Shown here: piece after piece, positions 15,964 to 20,000 of the stretch
Layout: each line of letters begins with the position of its first letter
How positions within the stretch are numbered: the stretch's first letter is position 1
Source of the DNA: an uncultured virus (IMG/VR IMGVR_UViG_3300032117_000007)
Taxonomy: Duplodnaviria; Heunggongvirae; Uroviricota; Caudoviricetes
Length of the DNA: 20,000 nucleotides
Virus record (IMG/VR): IMGVR_UViG_3300032117_000007
Direction: 5' to 3' (one strand)
The notes under the pieces: model-generated
What the model saw: only the letters and a program-made list of their open reading frames with translations
The model's database searches: none
What the model was told of the DNA's origin: nothing
Translations under genes and position numbers: made by a program

Positions 15964-16236
15964 ATGAATAATGATTTAGTGAATAAATTAGTGGAACAAT
16001 GTTGGGTTTATCAAAACGAACTAGTTCAGCACGAAGATCAACCGGTCCAAGTTAGGACAACACAATTCCTCGATCCCACAAAGCTAGCTTATTTGGTTGT
16101 TCAGGAATGTATTAAGGTTTTGAATAGCAATGCTGAGTATAATGATGCAGCTGATGATTGGACTCATCCAGAATCAGAAGATTTGTTGAAGCATTTTGGT
16201 ATTGAACTTCTTAATGAAGAAGATGAATGTGAGTAA
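15964..16236 (+). CDS. Hypothetical protein (KLAYLVVQECI motif)
   Basis: SD GGAGG; motif shared with 16653..16901. Confidence 0.75.
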   Translation: MNNDLVNKLVEQCWVYQNELVQHEDQPVQVRTTQFLDPTKLAYLVVQECIKVLNSNAEYNDAADDWTHPESEDLLKHFGIELLNEEDECE

Positions 16237-16238
16237 AA

Positions 16239-16505
16239 ATGGACTATGATCAAATTGCTGACCTTTATGAACTGAAACTATGTATTCAGGATTTTTTCAA
16301 TAATTATCTGGATGTTGTGGAAGTATCAGATTCTGGAAAGGAGTTTCATCCCATTACTATTTCTTGTTGTAGATCAATGAAAATAGATCCACTTAATAAA
16401 TTATTAAAGCGAATGAAAGAACTAGCAAAACAAGAATGTCCCATTGGTTGTGCACATAATTGTGGTGCTGATAACTGTAAAAATTACAAAGGTATTGGAA
16501 AATGA
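16239..16505 (+). CDS. Hypothetical protein with Cys-rich C-terminus
   Basis: Tightly packed ORF; C-terminal CPIGCAHNCGADNC. Confidence 0.7.
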   Translation: MDYDQIADLYELKLCIQDFFNNYLDVVEVSDSGKEFHPITISCCRSMKIDPLNKLLKRMKELAKQECPIGCAHNCGADNCKNYKGIGK

Positions 16506-16663
16506 CACCGCTAACGGAACGGCTTGAATTGCTTGCATTGCGATTGGATGATGAAGGCAGATATGTCGATAGTGATATTGTAGCACAAGCAGCAACTCGT
16601 ATAATATCATTATTGGAAGAAATAAACACTTTGAATAAAGAACTTTCAAAAAATGAACAATGA
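16502..16663 (+). CDS. Unannotated hypothetical protein (53 aa)
   Basis: MTPLTERLELLALRLDDEGRYVDSDIVAQAATRIISLLEEINTLNKELSKNEQ; ATGA overlap with the upstream stop; fills the gap. Confidence 0.7.
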   Translation: MTPLTERLELLALRLDDEGRYVDSDIVAQAATRIISLLEEINTLNKELSKNEQ

Positions 16664-16901
16664 AATACAAAAATGTATTGACGCTGCCACCACCAAGAGA
16701 CAAAGTCATTATATTGATCCTTCTATGATGGAACCGAAACCCATTTACAAACCTTCAGGAGAACCAGTTTATTATGATCACTTTGACAGAATCAAGTTTG
16801 CATTCCTGATCATTCAAAAATGCATCAATGTCATTGAGCAGTGTGAAGGTGACACTGATTGGGCAATTTATAAAATTCAGGAAATGTTTGACGGAGATTA
16901 A
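16653..16901 (+). CDS. Hypothetical protein (KFAFLIIQKCI motif)
   Basis: Overlaps the upstream ORF end; motif shared with 15964..16236. Confidence 0.7.
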   Translation: MNNEIQKCIDAATTKRQSHYIDPSMMEPKPIYKPSGEPVYYDHFDRIKFAFLIIQKCINVIEQCEGDTDWAIYKIQEMFDGD

Positions 16902-16904
16902 ATT

Positions 16905-17108
16905 TTGCGTTATTATAGTTATGAATTGCCTGACGGTGATGTGGATACAATGTCAGAAGATGAAATCAGAAAAGATTACTATCCATTTTGGCTTGAAAAG
17001 ATGTATGCCAAGTTTGGCAAAGAACATGTTGATGCCACTTATTCTTTTGAAGAATGTCTAGAAGATTGGGTTATCATTCATCATGCATGGGAAAGTACAG
17101 ATGACTAA
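16905..17108 (+). CDS. Hypothetical acidic protein (67 aa)
   Basis: TTG start with SD GGAG; YYPFW..KM..KFG, SFEECLEDW..HHAW. Confidence 0.7.
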   Translation: MRYYSYELPDGDVDTMSEDEIRKDYYPFWLEKMYAKFGKEHVDATYSFEECLEDWVIIHHAWESTDD

Positions 17109-17349
17109 TCAAGATATCGTGAATTACCAGGCTGCAAGAAAAGCATTTTCAGAAACCAATCTAGGTAAATTGTGGTTTAACTATACTTCAAGACAGCAAC
17201 GTGCCGAACGATATGATGCACAAATGGAATACACAGACAGTGGATCCAATAAGAAATTGACTTTGTATTGGGATGAAGCACGAGCAGCAGAGCAAATGCT
17301 ATTGGAAGAATTGTATAAGTTAGAAAATCTTGAATATGTGAAACTTTAG
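17101..17349 (+). CDS. Hypothetical protein
   Basis: ATG at 17101 overlaps the end of the upstream gene. Confidence 0.65.
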   Translation: MTNQDIVNYQAARKAFSETNLGKLWFNYTSRQQRAERYDAQMEYTDSGSNKKLTLYWDEARAAEQMLLEELYKLENLEYVKL

Positions 17350-17360
17350 AGGAAAATAAA

Positions 17361-17636
17361 ATGAAACAAGAAGTAGCCGAAGCCATTTTAAAATGGGACG
17401 ACAATGACGAAGTTGACAATTATGAAGAAGTAACTGTAGCAAAAATTGATGGAAAATCAAGATGGACTACTTATTATTCTCAAATATATCGCAACAAAAT
17501 TGACAACACATTTTGGATGATTTCATGGGGTCGAGGTTCAACTGAAATGCAAGATAAAGGACCTGAAGATATTTCTGTTTATCAAGTTGAACCTCGAGAA
17601 AAAACCATTGTAGAATATGTGATCGTTGAAAAATAA
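17361..17636 (+). CDS. Hypothetical phage protein
   Basis: SD GAGG; SRW...Y..I, WGRGSTEMQD, QVEP.EKTIVEY. Confidence 0.75.
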   Translation: MKQEVAEAILKWDDNDEVDNYEEVTVAKIDGKSRWTTYYSQIYRNKIDNTFWMISWGRGSTEMQDKGPEDISVYQVEPREKTIVEYVIVEK

Positions 17637-17683
17637 TTGGATGATGAGCAAGGCACTGCCAGAGTTGTAGAAGTTGATTGAAA

Positions 17684-18076
17684 ATGTTGTGCCCACGATG
17701 CAAAGTTGAAATGAAACAAGGGATAGGCATTAACCCCACAACTCGTGATGCTGCCAAACGCGGGTTGGGTAGCCCAGCGGGTCTAATTGACCATGCTCAA
17801 TTGACGCTTGATCCTGTATGGAAGTGCCCTGAGTGTGGACACAGTGCCGATATTATGACAAAAAAAGAAAGTTTGAGACTTCATTATGATTGGTGGGGTC
17901 AGTGCCGTACCTGTATATCATGGCAAGTTTCAGATTCAACACGGTCTGACCCAGCCATTTGTAAAAATCCTGAGTCACCATTGTATAACACAGAAACCTG
18001 GACTGGAGGACATTGTGACAAATGGGACTCTTTTGATATAGAAACTGCATTGGAATTATTGAAAAAATACAAATGA
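17684..18076 (+). CDS. Cys-rich protein with two putative Zn-binding modules
   Basis: CPRC...CPECGHS and CRTC...C...HC; start uncertain (TTG 17678 or ATG 17684). Confidence 0.65.
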   Translation: MLCPRCKVEMKQGIGINPTTRDAAKRGLGSPAGLIDHAQLTLDPVWKCPECGHSADIMTKKESLRLHYDWWGQCRTCISWQVSDSTRSDPAICKNPESPLYNTETWTGGHCDKWDSFDIETALELLKKYK

Positions 18077-18267
18077 AAATTAGTTGGATAGGCATAACCT
18101 GGGGTGGACCTGATCGTGATCCACATTGGTGGTATGTGTATTGGTGGAATTGGTTAAAGCCAGAGGTGAGATACTGGGGCCGCGAAGATATGTGGTATGA
18201 TGCAGGTCTCCACAAAAGTTTTGGTTTGTGGTTTATCAATATTACCTGGTGCACACCATGGTCTTAA
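18073..18267 (+). CDS. Trp-rich small protein
   Basis: ATGA overlap with the upstream stop; 12 Trp in 64 aa. Confidence 0.6.
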   Translation: MKISWIGITWGGPDRDPHWWYVYWWNWLKPEVRYWGREDMWYDAGLHKSFGLWFINITWCTPWS

Positions 18268-18308
18268 AAGAGGAATAAGAATGACTCTTGATCAAGATCT
18301 TTATCAAA

Positions 18309-18704
18309 ATGATTTTTGAATGTCTTATTTTAGGTGACAGCATAGCAGTTGGCACACATCAGTATCGTGCAGAATGTGCTGTGTATGCAAGCAGTGGTAT
18401 CACCAGTCATGCTTGGCTTCATCGCTATGCAAATGCAGACTTGACTGCAAAAACTGTTGTCATCAGTTTGGGCAGCAACGACTCTGAACAAGGTTCTCGA
18501 CAGGATTTGGAAATGATTCGCAACCGAGTGCAAGCCGATACTGTGTTTTGGATTGTACCGGCTATCAAACCATATGTGCAGGAAATCGTTAAAAGTGTGG
18601 CCTCTGAACATCATGACAGGATAATTTATATTCCAGTAATCTCATCGGATGGTGTGCATCCCAATGCAAAAGGTTATAAAATGATAGCAGAGCAAATACG
18701 ATGA
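18309..18704 (+). CDS. SGNH/GDSL hydrolase (esterase/deacetylase fold)
   Basis: Block I LILGDSIA, block II SSG, block III ISLGSND, block V DGVHP. Confidence 0.85.
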   Translation: MIFECLILGDSIAVGTHQYRAECAVYASSGITSHAWLHRYANADLTAKTVVISLGSNDSEQGSRQDLEMIRNRVQADTVFWIVPAIKPYVQEIVKSVASEHHDRIIYIPVISSDGVHPNAKGYKMIAEQIR

Positions 18705-18868
18705 TATTTCACGAGATTTGTCAAGTTGGAGGAAAGGTCTGGAATCAAGTCAGACGACAGGTCAATGATGAGGTTGTGTATCAGGTCGGTGATCAGGTCT
18801 GGAGTCGGGCCTGGAATCATGTCAAGGTTCAGGTCTGGTATCAGGGTTGGGATGATTTAAGATGGTAA
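18701..18868 (+). CDS. QVxx-repeat mini-protein, copy 1 (55 aa, unannotated)
   Basis: MIFHEICQVGGKVWNQVRRQVNDEVVYQVGDQVWSRAWNHVKVQVWYQGWDDLRW; ATGA overlap with the SGNH stop. Confidence 0.65.
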   Translation: MIFHEICQVGGKVWNQVRRQVNDEVVYQVGDQVWSRAWNHVKVQVWYQGWDDLRW

Positions 18869-19023
18869 AGAAAAGTATTGATAAAGTCAGGGATCAGGTC
18901 TATAATCAGGTCAGTTGGCAAGTCTGGTATCAGGCTTGGTATCAGGTTGGGTATCGGGTCTGGAATCATGTTAATCAGGTAGAAAATGGCGGTGTTCAGG
19001 CCATGGATGATCTAAAATGGTGA
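18862..19023 (+). CDS. QVxx-repeat mini-protein, copy 2 (53 aa, unannotated)
   Basis: MVKKSIDKVRDQVYNQVSWQVWYQAWYQVGYRVWNHVNQVENGGVQAMDDLKW; overlaps the copy 1 stop. Confidence 0.65.
   Translation: MVKKSIDKVRDQVYNQVSWQVWYQAWYQVGYRVWNHVNQVENGGVQAMDDLKW
18878..18906 (+). promoter_or_regulatory. sigma70-like promoter within QVxx copy 2
   Basis: TTGATA (18878-18883), 17 nt spacer, TATAAT (18901-18906). Confidence 0.5.
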
Positions 19024-19055
19024 GGAAAAGTATTGATAAAGTCGGGAGCAGATAA
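19017..19055 (+). pseudogene. Truncated third QVxx mini-gene copy
   Basis: MVRKSIDKVGSR*, nearly identical to the start of copy 2. Confidence 0.55.
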
Positions 19056-19101
19056 AATATAATATGTTAAAATTTAACAGAAACTAGAAAAAGCAAGTGA
19101 A

Positions 19102-19308
19102 ATGACTGAAAAAAATCATTTATCCCGTTTGAAAGAAGCATTGGAATCTGCTTCGGTTGTTGTTGATCATGGTGGCATTAATCCAACTTATCTGGTTGAT
19201 ACACTGACCAAAACATATCCCAAAAAGCAAGTGATTGAAATGATCCAACAGGGTCTTGAAAAGAATGAAATTGCACTAAACACTGACGGAATGGTTATTT
19301 TTTTATGA
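19102..19308 (+). CDS. Hypothetical protein (68 aa)
   Basis: Open frame coupled to the downstream ORF by an ATGA overlap. Confidence 0.65.
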   Translation: MTEKNHLSRLKEALESASVVVDHGGINPTYLVDTLTKTYPKKQVIEMIQQGLEKNEIALNTDGMVIFL

Positions 19309-19331
19309 ATAATATATTGGAGGATGCAATA

Positions 19332-19478
19332 ATGCAACTTTATAAAGATGAAGAAATTATCAACAGTTTGGTATATTATATCAATCGGTTGGTTGTAGGT
19401 GATGATTGTATGGAATCACTAACAGAAACCATGCAGAAATTTGGTTTTTGGGATCAAGATGGATTCATTCCCTGTTGA
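19332..19478 (+). CDS. Unannotated hypothetical protein
   Basis: SD GGAGG (19319-19323) before ATG 19332 (in-frame alternative ATG at 19305); MQLYKDEEIINSLVYYINRLVVGDDCMESLTETMQKFGFWDQDGFIPC. Confidence 0.6.
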   Translation: MQLYKDEEIINSLVYYINRLVVGDDCMESLTETMQKFGFWDQDGFIPC

Positions 19479-19507
19479 GGAAGAAGAGGAATGATGGAGG
19501 CACCAGA

Positions 19508-19723
19508 ATGACCGAGAAACCATGCGGATGTTTGTCGTGTCAGGACAAACGCCGTCAAGAATTGCCAGAGGCTGATTTTATCACAAGTCTTACTGGTCAA
19601 GACTTATATTTTCGCTATGCGTGTGAAATTTGCGGCAACAAAAGATGTCCACATCATTCAGATCACCGGCTTGCATGCACAAACAGCAACGCAACCGGAC
19701 AGCCTGGGAGTTTTTACCAATGA
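19508..19723 (+). CDS. Cys-rich phage protein
   Basis: SD GGAGG (19496-19500); CGCLSC and CEICGNKRCP...H..ACTNSN..GQPGS motif seen in other phage proteins. Confidence 0.75.
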   Translation: MTEKPCGCLSCQDKRRQELPEADFITSLTGQDLYFRYACEICGNKRCPHHSDHRLACTNSNATGQPGSFYQ

Positions 19724-19766
19724 CTTGCTTTGCTTTTGCTATTATTCATAATTAAGAGGACTTAAA

Positions 19767-20000
19767 ATGCAACTTGGATCACCAATCGAAGCAGTTCATC
19801 AATCGGTGGCTGCAGCCATTTATCGCGATCTTCCTGATATACATTATCAAGGTCGGGATTGGTCACTGTGGAGTAAAATGACTGAAACTGAGAAAAAGGA
19901 ATCTATGAAAAACGATAGATTGGTTCCCAGAATAGACAAAACCAGACGCCCATATGAAAAAGACATTGAAGTGATCATGTTTCCCCAGGTGTGGGGAAAC
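19767..20000 (+). CDS. Hypothetical protein, 3'-truncated
   Basis: SD GAGGA (19756-19760); frame MQLGSPIEAVHQSVAAAIYRDLPDI...MFPQVWGN is open to the window end. Confidence 0.75.
   Translation, partial: MQLGSPIEAVHQSVAAAIYRDLPDIHYQGRDWSLWSKMTETEKKESMKNDRLVPRIDKTRRPYEKDIEVIMFPQVWGN

Larger units (their letters stand above)
18721..19043. repeat. Degenerate 12-bp tandem repeats (CAGGTC core) plus a 39-bp junction repeat at 155-bp spacing
   Basis: Recurrent ATCAGGTC/TGG units; 18850-18888 vs 19005-19043 are 35/39 identical. Confidence 0.85.

Noticed and set aside
4749..17061. Alternative-frame plus-strand ORFs 4749, 10662, 12068, 16828 and upstream extensions at 8300, 9642, 9904, 10523
   Set aside because: They overlap better-supported genes; the downstream ATGs have SD sequences or stop-start coupling.
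356..18614. Minus-strand ORFs in the supplied track
   Set aside because: All are antisense shadows of well-supported plus-strand genes, with no recognisable motifs.
18721..19043. CRISPR array or DGR template/variable repeat pair
   Set aside because: No constant repeats with unique spacers, no cas or reverse transcriptase gene in the window, and the variation follows codon structure.
19065..19079. CtrA box (TTAA-N7-TTAAC) as a host clue
   Set aside because: The half-sites are 3 nt apart, not 7.

Overview
This is a 20 kb, AT-rich, all plus-strand segment of a large T4-like myophage. The identification rests on recognisable gp43/UvsX/gp41/gp61 motifs and TATAAATA late promoters. It has four parts. 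(1) 1-5094: replication genes (5'-truncated gp43 DNA polymerase, uvsX, gp41 helicase). (2) About 5130-14613: a late-promoter cassette that opens with a self-contained, ORF-free structured RNA candidate (late promoter, ~150 nt RNA, terminator). It continues with His-rich enzymes carrying T4 capsid-targeting-like N-termini (HAD phosphatase, PD-(D/E)XK-like protein, KxDG ligase-like protein, cytidylyltransferase-like protein), then modular internal-head-like proteins, Dps, structural and membrane proteins. (3) 14698-15720: gp61 primase, which contains a perfect sigma70 promoter. (4) 15717-20000: tightly coupled small accessory ORFs, including an SGNH hydrolase and a tandem array of QVxx-repeat mini-genes missed by the ORF track. 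The most interesting candidate system is the small RNA plus the adjacent, putatively virion-packaged phosphatase/nuclease/ligase/nucleotidyltransferase module. All family assignments were made by eye from motifs; no database searches or folding programs were run.
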